Below, piece by piece: positions 26,193 to 39,690 of a DNA stretch of 64,000 nucleotides (position 1 is the stretch's first letter; each line of letters starts with the position of its first letter). A program made the translations under genes and the position numbers. This DNA comes from Sphyrna mokarran (lineage: Eukaryota): positions 44,578,001 through 44,642,000 of the forward strand of contig JAGIQG010000008.1 of NCBI GenBank assembly GCA_024679065.1, in the 5' to 3' direction. The notes under the pieces are model-generated. The model saw nothing but the letters and a program-made list of their open reading frames with translations, made no database searches and had not been told where the DNA came from.

Positions 26193-27579
26193 AAATTTTC
26201 ATTCCAATTGGTCATATTATTTACATTTTATCCATTTGATTAAATGCATCATTAGCTCTGACTGAACTGTGGCTAATGGCAGTGGAATTCTTCAGTCAAT
26301 TTCATTGGTTCAAGCACACGTTTGAAGAGTCCTCCGTAACCTGGCTTTGCATTGAATTACTATCAGAGTTTGAGACACATTCTTTCAATTTAATAAACAC
26401 TGGAAGATGACAGGCAGAAAAGTGTGATTTCTGATTGTCGATTGTACAATGGAACTTCAGTCTGCTTTCACATAACCTATAGTCTATTGATCAGTTTTCA
26501 CAGAAAAGACTTAAAGATAAATTTATTTTCAACTTGTGATTTCCCTCTCTCCCACAACTCCACCCCATTCCCCACTTCTTCACCTCAAGAAATGCTCTGT
26601 GATGGTAGTGTATTACTCTAATAAGGTATTTGTCTTAAATATCTTATGAAAGGCATTAATCTTATTATGAAGCCCCTGTCCCTCTAACGTCTGACTTTTG
26701 TGACTGCCCATAGCCAGGAGTTCCTCAGTTACCTGCTATGGATAATATTTACTAGTCTTAAGGTACCTCAAACGTAACTATCCATACCTTTCAAAAGTGA
26801 GGTCATGACATGCTAGTATAGTGTGCTGAATAGAATAAGACAGCTACACCACTATAATAATGAGCATTGCTTTTGGTTTCACAATCTACATAAACCCATC
26901 ATTATCTCACTTCTTTCTGGCATCCAGACCTATTTCCCTATGAGTCAGCAATCTGTTCAATTCTTTTTTCAATGGTTCAGCCAAGTTGCCATTCATTGTT
27001 GGGTTGACACTTAACCAGTCCAACATGAAATCATAGAGTGGTTACAGCACAGCAAGAGGTCATTCAGCTCTTCAAGTTCACACTGTCACTCTAAGAATAA
27101 TTCAACTAGTTCCACTTCCCTTTTATTTTCCTATGATCTTGCATTGCCGTTCATTTTCCTACTAAAGGCATAAAGAGGGAAAAATTCATTTGTATGATAC
27201 TACACAGATTCACATTGATTTCCTGAGAACAGGTGGCACCATGAGCTGCTACCTTTGTGGCCTGTGAAGCTTTCTTCATATATATTGTGCAGGGAGCACC
27301 TGTCCTGGTAAATCAATTGAAGTCTTGTTTGTTAAATAGCCCACTACATTGTCTTTCACAGACAATGTTATCCTCATTCCTCTGCTCCCCTGCTTCCACG
27401 TCTCTTTATTCTCTTCCATCTGCAACCCTTTCCAATTCTCCTCGAAGCTCTCCAGAACCCAGGTCCTTGCCTCCAGTGAGAGACTGCAGATAGCCCGACT
27501 ATTCCCAGCAATTTCCATTTATATTGAATTATCTGATCAGATTACATAATACTAAACAACTCAGGTCATAGAATGAAAA

Positions 27580-29520
27580 CTGTCTTGATAAACTGTAACT
27601 TTTTTTAGGAAACCGTGAAGGTCAGTTACTGAATGCACTCACAAATGTCTTCTAGCATATTTTTAACACAAAAGAATAAAACTTTTATTAAACAAGAAAA
27701 GTGAACTATATTACACTAGGTGAGACGGTTAGTGTAACTGTATTACACTAGGTGAATGAGAAGGTTTCAGTACAAAGACCAGAAAATGTTTCAAATGCAC
27801 ACTATTTATTTTATCTCATCAATACTGCTGGGAAAACAAAAGTAGTTTTAAGGGATTTATATTTGTATCAAGATTAGAAATGAGGAATAGTTCTAAATGG
27901 ATTTAATTTAATGTTTCTGTGCCTTGAAGGGTAAACCCTATCGTTAGATTTATGGTGGACTAAGGTTATTGTATGTGTAGGGGTTGATTAAATTCCAATA
28001 CGTTTCCATTGTGCTCAGAGAAGGTTAAGGTGTGGAGAATAAATAAACCAGCGATGGCTGCTTAACAATTGGGCCTTGAAAGGTAGAAAACTTCTAAGTT
28101 TTATTTTAGCTAATTTGACTGGAGTTGCAGATATATAATGAGAATGAAGGCAGTTCTCACAGCTTTGTTAGAAACAGTTGGTTTTTGAAGGCTATAAAAG
28201 GAACATCTCTCTCAACCTTGCTAGAAGAAAAGCCATACTATGGAACAATAGTTAAGAAAGTAAGTGCCGGAAATCTAAAGTCTAAGTTTCTAGTTAAAGA
28301 AACTAGAAAAATGGAAAGAAGTGTCCAAAAATTTTCAGTTAAGAGATCCAATGTATTATTCAGAAGAAATCAAGGAAAAGTAAATAAAAGATTCTGAATT
28401 AGAGACAATTATAATAACCAGTAAGCAGCCTTCAAAGGTAAATCAAATATCTAATGCAGGAAATCTAGGGATCGAGAATTAAAGTAATTTGCACAGCAGT
28501 CAAGATGTATAAATCTTACACAGGTTGGTGTAAAATCCTAGACTGGGTTCACTGTTAATACTAATGAGAGAATGTTGCTTATGAGAGAAGAGTTTGGAAT
28601 CCTCACATATGATGACCATCTGGGGGGAGGGGCAGTGTGGTTCCTGAAGAGATATTCACAAACACTCACTTTGGATTCAGAATGGAGACTGTATCTGCCC
28701 AGTGAACTTGTCTGCTCAAAAGGGACTGCCGAAGATCATAGTTTAAAATTGTAATTTCAAATCCATGTTAAGTTGTTAACATGGTGGGGGGGGGGGAAGA
28801 GAATTAAAAGAGCATTGTCTAATAATCTAACTTTTCAAGTTTAATAAATATTTTTTCTTCTTAAAATTAATTAGTGATCATGTGACTCTGTTCCTCCATA
28901 TTTTATTTTAAAAATGTTAAAAAGCTATAGTCTTTTCAGGCAAGGTTCCATTCTGGAATCTTCTCGTCCAGTTATGACATCACCTGGAATAACATTATCC
29001 TTACAGACATAAACCTCCAATGAAATTTTTGTATCATCTCAACATCAAGACTTCTTGCTTGGGCTAATCCAATCTTTTCTTCTTTCAGTATAGTCCAAGT
29101 ATTCACTAGACGCTTTTTTCCCAGCTGGTATCTCTCCTCTAGACCCCCAAGAAACCATGATTTGAACTCACTATTACTTAAACTTCAGAACAAACATATG
29201 AGTTCTCTCAACTCGATTCCACAGCAGTCTCAAAGCATTCTCACTAGAGAGCTTAGAAATTCTGCCTTTGTTCTCTAGCAGACGTAAGGTGATTACCCTA
29301 CCCTTTTGTCTTTCCTTGAATCTGTGTGTGTTTCTGGACTTTTACCACTAGGTAAGGGCACAGATTTTCCTACTTTAAAAAAAACACTAACCTATTAACA
29401 CCATTGCAACTCATCTATTAACTTTAAGGGTTGCAAAACCTCGTTAAAACTGCATGTATACAAACAGGGCCCTCAAACTTACCGCATCAATCAGAAAATC
29501 CTCAAAATGAAACTAGAACC
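27580..29520. mobile_element. Probable solo-LTR remnants, one (about 27826-28994, +) nested in another
   Basis: Non-coding block from TG to AACA with aataaa at about 28843. Flanks resemble an oppositely oriented LTR. No clear TSD. Confidence 0.35.
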
Positions 29521-31019
29521 ATGTTTAATCTTTCTTAACACAGAAATATATATAAACTAGACTTGAAGTTTCCTTGATAAAGCCTATATGAATGAGTATT
29601 AACAGGCTTGGAATGAGTAGGAATGGTTTTGTGTTGGTGCAGGGATCTCTGAGAAAAGGGGGATTTATCTCATCAGTGCACTCCCATTCAGGAATAGACT
29701 GCCCCAATACAGCTCAACAGGCGTCTCTCAGCATTACTCTGTCTGCACAAATCAGAATTCTCTCCAGTCACTGACTGCTATGTGTTTTTTAATATCATTG
29801 TTTAATACAGGCTATTCACCTGTATTGGGCATCACACGCAAGGCTAACCTTGTCACCTTCCAACCTCATCCAATTTTTAGTAGGGGTTACATTCAAGGAA
29901 TGAGAATCGTGGCAGATTTTTCTCTCTCCCTAGAACAGGAATACTAAGAACAATTATAGAGAGCTAACTGTTATCTGGCTCAGATCAACAACTTTAGGTA
30001 AATCTAGAAACAAATTTTTCAACGCCTACTCTCACTGTCTTCTACCACACCACATAATGTAGTTAAGGGATACATTTGTTCCCCCAATCCACCCCCCCCC
30101 CCACCACCACTTTTTAAATTAGCTTTTTCTTCCAAACCCTTTTCCATTTTTAAAATATTTCCTTAGGTGCTTAAAAAAAAGCATTAAGCAACCCTTTTGC
30201 CCAAATGGGCATTCATTATGTCTCAACCAAAACACAAGACTAATGTTGTTTTGACAACGAAGGTATTGCAAATGAGCACCCTTCTATTCTCACATTACAT
30301 GTACAGTCTGTCCATCAATGTATAGTTGCACAAAAATCAGGACAAGAACCTTGGCTGACTTTTCTCCGATAGCTAAGACGACTTTAGGCTAATTGGGACA
30401 CAATACTGCGATCTGGCTAAGGTTCAGCCTAGATGCTCTGTAGTTACACTAAGAACAGAAATGACAAAATCACCATCACATGCCGATTCCACTCAGCTCC
30501 ACAGTTTCAACATTTTGGATAAGCACAGCTTCAAGTCAAAATCCCGCAATTCCCTAATACCAAACATCATAATGGGAACATCTGCCACAAAACCTGTGGC
30601 GATTTGTAGAGAAGGCCAATATCACCACCTTCTCAGAGCAACCAGGGAGGACAAACAAATCTAATCTCTCCAGTGTCTATTACATCCTCACAACAGAAGT
30701 TTAACAAGTCTATTCAGAAAATTCTTATCATGCTCTTTTATACTTATAGCAGATTAAACATTGCTACCCATTTATAAAATCATACAGAACATCATATATT
30801 TAGCTTATGATGGCTTTGCAAGCTATTTGAAAGACTTATATAATGAATTCCATGCTCCTGCTCTTTCCAACACTGTTACATGCTTTTTTTTTCTCTCTAG
30901 GAAGCACTTTCCAGACCACAAAGACTTGCTGCTCAAAAAAGATCTTCCAGTTTATCTTACCAGTTAATTCAAATCTTGTCCTCAGTCAGCCTACCGACTC
31001 TCTTACAATTGGAAATAAA

Positions 31020-32056
31020 GGCCAGGATTTTCCGATCGTGACCTACAACTTTCCTGATGGGTCAAGGTGGGAGATGTGTGTTGCTGGCCTTGTATTGGGA
31101 ATTGCGCATGCGCCGGGAATGCATAAGCATTTCCCAGAGCTGGCGAACAATCCCCAGTCAGACCACGCTGGAAACTGGCAGGGAGATAAGTAAGTAATTT
31201 AAATCTTTTTAAATGTATTTTAAACATGTTTAGCAGTTCATTATCGGGAACTTGCAGGTCATGATCAAATTTCCCATCCCACCAGGAGGACTACATTCCG
31301 ACGGGGTTCAGATTAGCTCCCCATGTTCGGGAAGTAGCGGGATACCCCACTGGAATGAATGGGGACAATCCCCAGGAGATTGAGTGATAGAAGAGTGGTG
31401 CCCCCTGGGCATAGACACCCTAGTAGTGCCAGCCTTTGCCCCTGGCACTGCCCAAGGGGCCCCTTGGCATTGCCCATTGGGCATCAGGGCCTATTGTGGC
31501 GGGACCTATGGGCAATCGGTGGGGGTGGGGTGTCCTGCTGCCACTTTGTAGACAGGACTGGTCTCGGATGGAGGGAGGGTAATGATTGGGGTAGGGTGGG
31601 GGGAGGGTGTTGGTCTGTGGCAGGTGGCTGCCTCCTGAGGGCAGTGTGAGAGGGTTTGGGGATATCGCCACTGCTGGGATGGTTAGGCTGAGCATCAGGG
31701 AACTCCGGGAATTGGGGTGGGTCAGGGCTGGTCCAGGAATTGTTGTGAGGCTGCAATTGGGCCAGGGGGGATTGCTGGAGAGGCAGTACTGCGGTGGTGC
31801 TGGGCTGGCTAGTGATCAGGCTGACCAGCAAAAAGGGGAGACTGGCAGATTGGGACAACTGTGCATGTGCAGAATTCCAGAACAGTCAGACTCTGGCGCA
31901 AATAGGCCTCACTCCCCCTGGGATTTAAATGAGATTCCCAACTGGAATCTCTGCAGAGCACAGAGTGTGGAGAATCAGGTGAGAAGCAGAATCCAAAACA
32001 GTTGGGACTTAGAACAGTCTTCCCCCCAGTTCAGCATTTTTGGGAGAATTGTGGCC
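31020..32056. mobile_element. About 1-kb non-autonomous TIR element (MITE, Harbinger-like)
   Basis: TIR-like ends ggccaggattttcc / gggagaattgtggcc. Interior is homologous to 59035-59800 (agctcccca..gggaa.tagcggga..ccactgga). Confidence 0.7.
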
Positions 32057-32099
32057 AATTTTTCCTATTTATTCAAAATTATTCACCATTTTCAGTTCC

Positions 32100-33750
32100 T
32101 TTGTCAAATCTTCTCTTAACCTTCTTTGCTCTAAGGGATCTATGTTAACTTCTCTGGTCTCCCCATAGAAGTAAAGATCCGCATCCCCAGATATAATTCC
32201 AGTAAATCATTTCCATGGACACATCTTTGATATCCTTCTGGTGTCCAGAATTTGACACTGTACTCCGTTGAGAACTAACCAGTGATTTATAAAGGTTAAG
32301 CACAGCTTCCTTGCCTTCATACTGTAAATAAAGCATAGAATCCCATCTGTTTTAACAGCTTTCTCAACTTCTGCTATCTTCAGCCATATCTTCACATTTA
32401 CCCCTCCCCAAGTCTTACTGTGCTTGTGCAATTTAACTTATATTGCCTTATTGCTTTATATTGCCTTATTCTTCACATTAAAATGTTATACTCTTTGGGA
32501 TGCATTTTTCAACTGTATTTTGGTTTTACTGCACATTTGCATTTTAAGGAATTTCGGCAAATAATAAAAAGAAACAACCCTGTTAAGAAGCAAGCCATTG
32601 GAAAGAAATTAAATGTATTAGCTTAGTCTCACCAATGTGTTAGAGTGTGAGTTAACACTCAGTAATATATCCGGATGCTCTTATTTGTGTTGATAATCAT
32701 CAACATATAATTTGATAACATTTTCAGTTTTTCGCCAATTAGCACACCCATGTCAATTTCTTGCTCCACATTATTCAACAATATACTTTCCATTGTGTAT
32801 TCACATTTACTATTTTTAGCTCCAATGCGTTTCACTTTACATTTCTCATGAGATGGTGTTAATATGCCTAGCTGTTAAATCTCCATAGATCTTGTTCAAT
32901 TATATATCTCTCCTCAGAACATGCTATTTACCAATGATACATTATATAATTCTCCTTCACTTTCAATAGTCATTTTAACATTATTATTAGGAACAAAAAG
33001 AATCTTTTCACAAAACCCTGGCAAATTTGATATTTATGGGTCTCCAAGTGATATTGACAAATGCATCACTGATCTTTGTCATCAATTTATTAGCAAACTT
33101 ACAATTCCATCTCAATCCTAAACCATTCAATTTTATTCATAAGTCTTATATGGAGGAATTTATTCAATGTGTTCCGGATTTAAAGTTCCATCCAATCATC
33201 CAACAACTCTAACACCCAGAGATTTCAATTTTTTAAAGATGTGACCCCAATCTTTTAAAAACCGATTTGATTTCACTTTATTTATTTGCTTGGCTAAAGA
33301 TTCCAATAATTATCAGACTGCAAATAGATCTCAGGTTAATTTGTGGCATTGTAATGTTGACCTTTGTCTGAAGATTGCCTATACCTGATGGATTCCCTAG
33401 TCATAAGTATCACAATGAAGCATTTATGCCTCTTTATTGTTACATTTTATCTTAATTTCTTCAAGTGTTCATCAACATGGCCTAGTACTTTAGGAGTTCA
33501 GAAACATATGGATAGCAATCCCCAATTGAAAAGTTTCTGAAGACTGAAACATCATCTTCATGTTTTGTCTTACAGCCAATTGATTTCCTCCTCTCAAGTA
33601 GGAGAAAAATCAAAACATCTTTTAAAGTTTTTTTTGAGGAGAAAGTAGGTCAGATTTAAGCCATTTACTGAGTGACCTTTTCCTATTTATCCTTGAAATC
33701 CCGCAGTTCACCCTATTTTTTTCTTGTTTCACTGTTTATAATAATTTAAT
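32100..33750 (-). mobile_element. Old CR1 LINE fragments
   Basis: ORF 32145-32336 (KEAVLNLYKSLV) and decayed RT-like sequence further on. Confidence 0.6.
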
Positions 33751-34699
33751 GATAGTATGATAGCTGCTTCACAATGCTCCTTAGTATCTTCAAAAATGTA
33801 GCTTTCTCTCTCATGTATCCTTCATTGTGCTGCTCTATTCTGAAGTTGAATTACACTGACAACCAACTTAGGATTGTCAGTCGGATTCATAGTATGATGC
33901 ACTTGCATGTAACTGAAGTTGCATGCATTAATACACAAGCCCCTGTGCTTGTAAGCAGAAAGAGAATGCACACACAATGTGTCTGTTTCATCTGAAGAAA
34001 ATGCATGACAGTTGATTCATTCCTCAGGACCATGTCTCGACCAATTAGGGTCAAAGTTTAAACTTCAAACAATGTTCAGCAGTTAACTGTTCATCACAAT
34101 CAACTACTGCATTCTCCATCGCAATGTTTCTACCAATGTCTACTTGCCAACCAATCAGCATTCTCTCCTCTACAGTAAAACCGTTTTCCACTTATACTGG
34201 TATTTTTGCAAACATCGTGATGAATGCAAAAGAAAAAGCTTTGAATGTCAAGTTCTGTATTATCAAACATTTACTTATTCCAAAGTGTTTATACCTTTTT
34301 AAGACAACTGCATCCATTCCTTTATCACTTATTTCGTTTAATTAAAATCAATCCTAATTAATGCTGTGTTTTGTCAAATACAGTGGCCTTTCACACCCTG
34401 CTGCCACTGCAAGGACGGAGAATTTGGCACTCAACCAAATCTTCATTCATTGCAGCAGGAGCAGAGAATCCTGCTGGCATGAATGGCTGGAGAATTCTAT
34501 CCCATGCGTTACCTCTTTACAAAATTCAAAACTAATCATTTCCTTTCTAACTTTCAAATCCCAATACTTTGATTCTTTTATGTGAGTACAACAGTTAGTG
34601 AATCTTTATCTTAATACATGTGACTTACTCTGCTCTAACTTCATCAGAAACTGGTCCACTCCAATATGGCCACTTAGGCTGAAAGCAAAATTACTAAAA

Positions 34700-35290
34700 G
34701 AGAGACTTAGTTTTGTATAACACTCCACAATCATCGGATGTCTCAAACAGCTTTACAACCAATGAAGTACTTTCGTACTTTTTTGGAGTGCAGTCATTGT
34801 TAGATATAGACATAGAATCCTACAGTGCAAGAGGAGGCCATTCAGCTTTTCAAGTCTATACCGACCACAAACTCACCTCGGCCTTATTCCCATAGCATTT
34901 TCCCTAACCACTTACCCTAACACTAAGGGGCAATTTACCATGGCCAATCCACCTAACCCATACACCTTTAGACTGTAGAAGGAAACCGGAAGACCCATAG
35001 GAAAGGCAGCAGCCAATTTGAGTACAGCAAACCTCCACATACAGTAATGTGTAATATCAGATAATCTGTTTTTTTTTGCGTGTGATGTTGACTGACAGAT
35101 ATCCAACAGCCAAGCTATTGGTCTTAACTCCCTTGATCTTGTGAGAGGCCATGGAATCTTTAATATCCATCCAAACAGGTAGCTGGAGCCTCAGTTTAAT
35201 ATCTTGTTCAAGAAAAAGGCATCACCAACAGTTCAGTACTCCCTCAGTGCTGCACTGGAGTGTCAACCTGGACTATATGCATTTTTTTTG
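34700..35290 (-). mobile_element. Deu-domain SINE (SacSINE-like) with a nested V-SINE fragment at 34805-34995
   Basis: ctttacaaccaatgaagtactttt..ggcagcagccaatttg..cagtactccctcagtgctgcactggagtgtca.cctgga, split by a catagaatcctacagtgca...-type SINE tail. Confidence 0.7.
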
Positions 35291-35534
35291 AGTACATACC
35301 AAACTGTTTTTTAGCCAAGACAGTAAAGTGCCTTAAATTGTTAAGTATCATGTAAAGAATTTCTAAAAAGTGAACACCAACTTCTATTTCCCAGTATATT
35401 TAGGTGCAAATCAAGTAACAACAATTCTTCTTGAGAAATCAGAATACAGGATAAATGTCTGAGTGATATTTATTGGCAGATGATCAATCTATTTAAAGGG
35501 GTGAGATTGTCAAATAGTGAAGGCATCCATTTAC

Positions 35535-35552
35535 CTGGTTCTTTTCCACTGG
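35535..35552 (-). CDS. CADPS2: CADPS2 candidate 18-nt microexon (ASGKEP)
   Basis: Long polypyrimidine tract, then ttcaagcag|CCAGTGGAAAAGAACCAG|gtaaat. Frame-preserving, phase 1 to 1. Same position as the short ENQKDA insert in CADPS1. Confidence 0.75.
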
Positions 35553-35906
35553 CTGCTTGAAATGACAAAAAGGCGTAGAAGGAAGAGAAAGTATATTAGC
35601 AATGATTAAAAAAAAATAATTAAAATCTATGTAAAACTATTTATTTAACAAAGCTTCACAAGAGTACCGGAAAAGAGAACAGCTTTAGTGAAAGGTTTGC
35701 AGCTCTGGAAGGAGGTCCCATGAGGCAGATTAAGGCAATGAATAGAAAAGACTCTGCTGTTCACCAGCTGAGATTTTAATGAGGCATTTGCATCTGCAGA
35801 GGCTTGGGTTTGTTCAATGGGAAAGAAAGACTTGTGACAAAGTGTTCAGTTAATGGACTCAATTGGCTCTCTGTGTCACATGGATAGCTATATCAAACAT
35901 ACCAAC

Positions 35907-36030
35907 CTTCTATTTTGGCATACTCCGAAAGGTGAGAATAATTGATCAAAGCAGCCTTCTCTAGACACTTTCGTACCACTTTCTTGACATCTTCAGATGG
36001 CACGGGAGTAGCAATGTCTTTCATTAGCAC
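35907..36030 (-). CDS. CADPS2: CADPS2 internal coding exon (124 nt)
   Basis: tttgattaag|GTG CTA...ATA GAA G|gttggt. Translates [47 protein letters not shown] and [16 protein letters not shown] fit CADPS2 rather than CADPS1 (KDIVTP, KTVIRKCLEQAALVNY). Phase 0 to 1. Confidence 0.96.
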
Positions 36031-36850
36031 CTTAATCAAAGAAAACAAGAAAATCGATAAAAAATATATATCTTGCATCTACTCTTTCCTCCCAACACAC
36101 ACCGCCATCCTCTCCCACTTTCCACCAATGCTCTTTTGAAAAGATTGATTTTTGTTGAATTTTCTCTTTTGTTTATTATGCAGAGACTATACCTGGGTGT
36201 GATAGCAGAAACTAATTGAGGACAGAATTTGAATTGGTTGTGATGCGCACTGCAATTGAGCACAGTGCAGCCACTTATAGATTCTTTACAGCACAGGAGG
36301 CTACTCAGTCCATTAAGTCTGTACCAACCACGATCCCACCCAGCCCCTATTCCCCTAACCCCAAATATTTACCCTGCTAATCCCTCTGACACTGAGAGAC
36401 AATTTTAGCATAACTATTGCTGTTCGGAATGGAGATGGGAGCAGTGGGGACAGCCACTGTCTGTGGGCATGTAACACAATACAAAGTGAACACCCATAAA
36501 AAAGAGGCAAAGGAGCAAAAATTGGGAAGAAAATCCTTGCGGTTTAGATCCTGCACATATCTGGTGCTTTTGTCACCATTCTATGCTACAGAAAAAAATA
36601 CTGTTTTCATTTTAATGCTTGAAAAAGCACCTCAGAGGCACTTTTGGAATGTAAAAACAATGATAATTCTACTTTGACTGACTGACAGTGAAAAGAAGTT
36701 TACATAAATTAACTTTTTATGAAGCTCTTAAATCTAAGCATCTTATTATTGCTAATTATTCGAGAAGTGTATGTCATATGACTTGAAACCAAATACCATT
36801 CATTTTTTTCACAGAGGTACTTTTCTTGCCTATTTTTAATATCAGTACAG

Positions 36851-37150
36851 CATGATGGCACAGTGGTTAGTACTGCTGCCTTGCAGCACCAGGGACCAGG
36901 GACCTGGTTCAATTCTGGCATCAGATAACTATGTGGAGTTTGCACATTCTCCCTGTACCTGCATGGATTTCCTTCCATAATCCAAAGATATGCGGGTTAA
37001 ATTGATTGGCCAGGATAAATTGTCCATTTGTGTCAGGGGATTAGCAGGGTAAATATGTGGGATTATGGGAATATTACCTGGGTAGGATTGTTGTCGGTGC
37101 TGACTCAATAGGCCAAATGGCCTCCTTCTGCACTGTAGAGATCCAATGAT
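36851..37150 (+). mobile_element. tRNA-derived V-SINE (HE1-like), near full length
   Basis: A box tggcacagtggttag, B box ggttcaattc, V-domain gtggagtttgcacattctccc and a CR1-like tail ggccaaatggcctccttctgcactgt. Confidence 0.9.
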
Positions 37151-38224
37151 TTTAATATTTCTTTCATGAGAGTCTCACAAACCCTTCAGGTTGTAATATG
37201 GTAATAGTTTCAGGCAGAAGGAGATCTTCAATCAACTGTGCCTATCCAGCCATATTCCTTTAGGACTTTTCTAATAAGCACAGAATTGAAATAGTCCCAT
37301 TTCTTTGTTAAACCATTGAGCTTTTCTTGTCACTAGTAACTTGTTCCACACTTACCATCATTTTATATTTCTTATTTTGCTTTAATATTCTTAATCTGTA
37401 AGTATGACCTCTTGTGAATTTATTCAGATTTAATTTTTTCCAAGCACTTCATAACTTTAAACGTTTTAATCATCTTGAAGTCTTCTCTCTTAAAAAGAGT
37501 TGTCAATATTTCTTAAGGTCAAGGATCAATCATGTAGCCATTCTCTGCACCCACTCCAAAACTGAAACTAGTTCTTGAAATTCTATACGCCAGTTATCAC
37601 AGAGTATTGCGGAAGTTATCTCACCAAGGCAAAATAATCTCTCTTGAATTATGCTATGCATCCCAATATTCTGACGCTTTTAATGACTTGCACGCAGTTA
37701 CAATGAACTTGCTCATGGATAAATATAGTAAAGCCTCATGAATATATCCATTATTTTTTTTGCCAAATGAAACCAATTAATTTCTCACATTTCTTCCCTA
37801 ATGGTCAAAATAATGAAAACTTCTGCTCTATTACAGAAAAGTGCCGAACCCACTCATTGTGTTAGGCTGGTAAACTGAAAATGGCTACCATAGAGTGCCC
37901 TAAATTTGATGTCTAGAATCAAAGGTGAAATTTTTGAATTTGTTTAAAGAACAATCTGACCAAAGGAATTATCTTATTACACGCAACTAACAGATAGAAA
38001 AGGGCAATGTTTCCAGGTAATGGAATCCACCAAGCTGACTGTAGCTCTCCTGATGAAGCTCTTTCTAAACCCCTCCGGAAGGCCAGGGTAAACAACCGTG
38101 CCCAATCCCATAATCATCCTGAAACACAAATTTCACCACGTTCTAGGAAGCTGCTTTGCAACATTGAAAACCAATCTCAGTAACTGCAATGGTTTTGGAA
38201 CCACCTCCAGTAAATGATTTACTT

Positions 38225-38475
38225 TTAGAATCGTCACAGAATCCATACAGTGCAGAAGGAGGACATTCAGCCTTTTGAGGCTGCACCAACAACAATCCCC
38301 ATCCAGGCCATATCCTGTAACCCCACGTATTTATCCTGCTAATCCCTCTGACACTAAGAGTCAATTTAGCATGGCCAATCCATCTAATCCACAGTGGAGT
38401 GTGGGAAGAAACCGGAGCATCCAGGGAAAACCCATGCAGATACAGGGAGAATGTGTAAACATCACACAGCATGTG
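38225..38475 (-). mobile_element. V-SINE (HE1-like), 5'-truncated
   Basis: Reverse complement of the 36851-37150 family. Further minus-strand fragments at 36275-36410 and 44930-45140. Confidence 0.85.
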
Positions 38476-38539
38476 ACAAAGGGAAACAAGTTAAAGAAAC
38501 CAAGAGTTAATTATACATTTCATTGTAGTTTGAACATAC

Positions 38540-38603
38540 CCTTTCAAGCAATGAGAGTGTGGCTTTTAGTGCACCTTCTGGCCGTCCAAATGGGAAACAA
38601 TAT
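38540..38603 (-). CDS. CADPS2: CADPS2 internal coding exon (64 nt)
   Basis: gtttcag|A TAT TGT...GAA AGG|gtatgt. Translates (R)[21 protein letters not shown], a highly conserved CAPS motif. Phase 2 to 0. Confidence 0.96.
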
Positions 38604-38899
38604 CTGAAACATTAACATAGAATTCAGATATCTTTGAAGTTAAACAACAATGCAGTGTAATTCATTACAATAGGTTAAAACTTAAAGATGGCATGTTGCA
38701 GGACTTCTGAATAATTAACTGGATTGTTCCTCACTTGTTCAGAACTGAATTAGTAAAAAACAAATTGGACTTGAATAGAACAAATTGCCTGAGAAACACC
38801 ACCTCATCTTTTGACAGGGCACTTTTCAGCCTCCTGGACTCAACATTGAGTTCAACAATTTGTAATCTTTGCCCTATTTTGTTGTTTTATGATGGGTTT

Positions 38900-39270
38900 G
38901 AGGTTTCTCCCCCCCTCAATTCTCTCTGCTTGCCTTTGCTTTCAGCTTGCAGCTGTTCAAAATCCTGCCATTAATACCTCCTCTCAACATATCTTGTGCT
39001 TCCTTACTTGTTCCTTTATCACTCCCTTTCACCACAAAGTCTGTCTTTTAATCTGTCCTGCTCCCACCCTAACACAGACCTTACCTTTAGTTCATCTTTC
39101 CACTCTGCTCTTTGTCTTTCACTGGCTCAGATCTTTTCCCAGTCCTGATAGAGCTCACAGATCTGAAATATTAGTTCCTTTCTCTCTCTGCATAAGGTGC
39201 CAGCACTATTGAGTATTTCCAGCATTATCTTTCATATTTCAAATGTCCAGTATCCACAGTATATTGCTTG
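38900..39270 (+). mobile_element. Penelope-like-element-derived repeat
   Basis: Pyrimidine-rich tract ending ctgatagagctcacagatctgaaa...gagtatttccagcatt..cagtatattgc. Related ends at 8905-8980 (opposite strand) and 11250-11320. Confidence 0.5.
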
Positions 39271-39329
39271 AAATTTGGTTTTATTCATACATTACAAAAT
39301 TTACTTTCAAGTCAAACAAGAGGAAAGAA

Positions 39330-39690
39330 TGTCTTGTTTTTAAATAGTGTGTTTCACAACCTCAGAATGTCTGAAAGCATATTTCAGTCAATGACTGTTG
39401 TAATGTAGAAAAGATGGCAGCCAATGTGTCCATCAAGCTCCCACAAACAACATAGTAATAACCAGGTAACCAATTTTATTTTTTTAATGTTGATTGAAGG
39501 ACAAACACTGACTAGTTCATCTTCAATATAGATCTCATGAGATCTTCTATACCTGCTAAGAGAACAGACTGAGATTAACCTCTCGTCTGAAAAACAGCTC
39601 TGCCAGTAATGCAATACCTTCTCATACTATATTGGACTTTTGTCTTTAAGTTTCTGGAGTGGGATTTGAACCCATGACCTTCTGATTCAA
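39330..39690 (-). mobile_element. Deu-domain SINE (SacSINE-like)
   Basis: tRNA-like head (ggagtgggatttgaacccatgaccttctgattc, reverse strand) plus the Deu core ggcagccaat...ctcccacaaaca. Confidence 0.75.

Noticed and set aside
36851-36925. tRNA gene
   Set aside because: A and B boxes are present but run into a V-SINE body and CR1-like tail. The same applies to 54700-54770 and 61950-62020.
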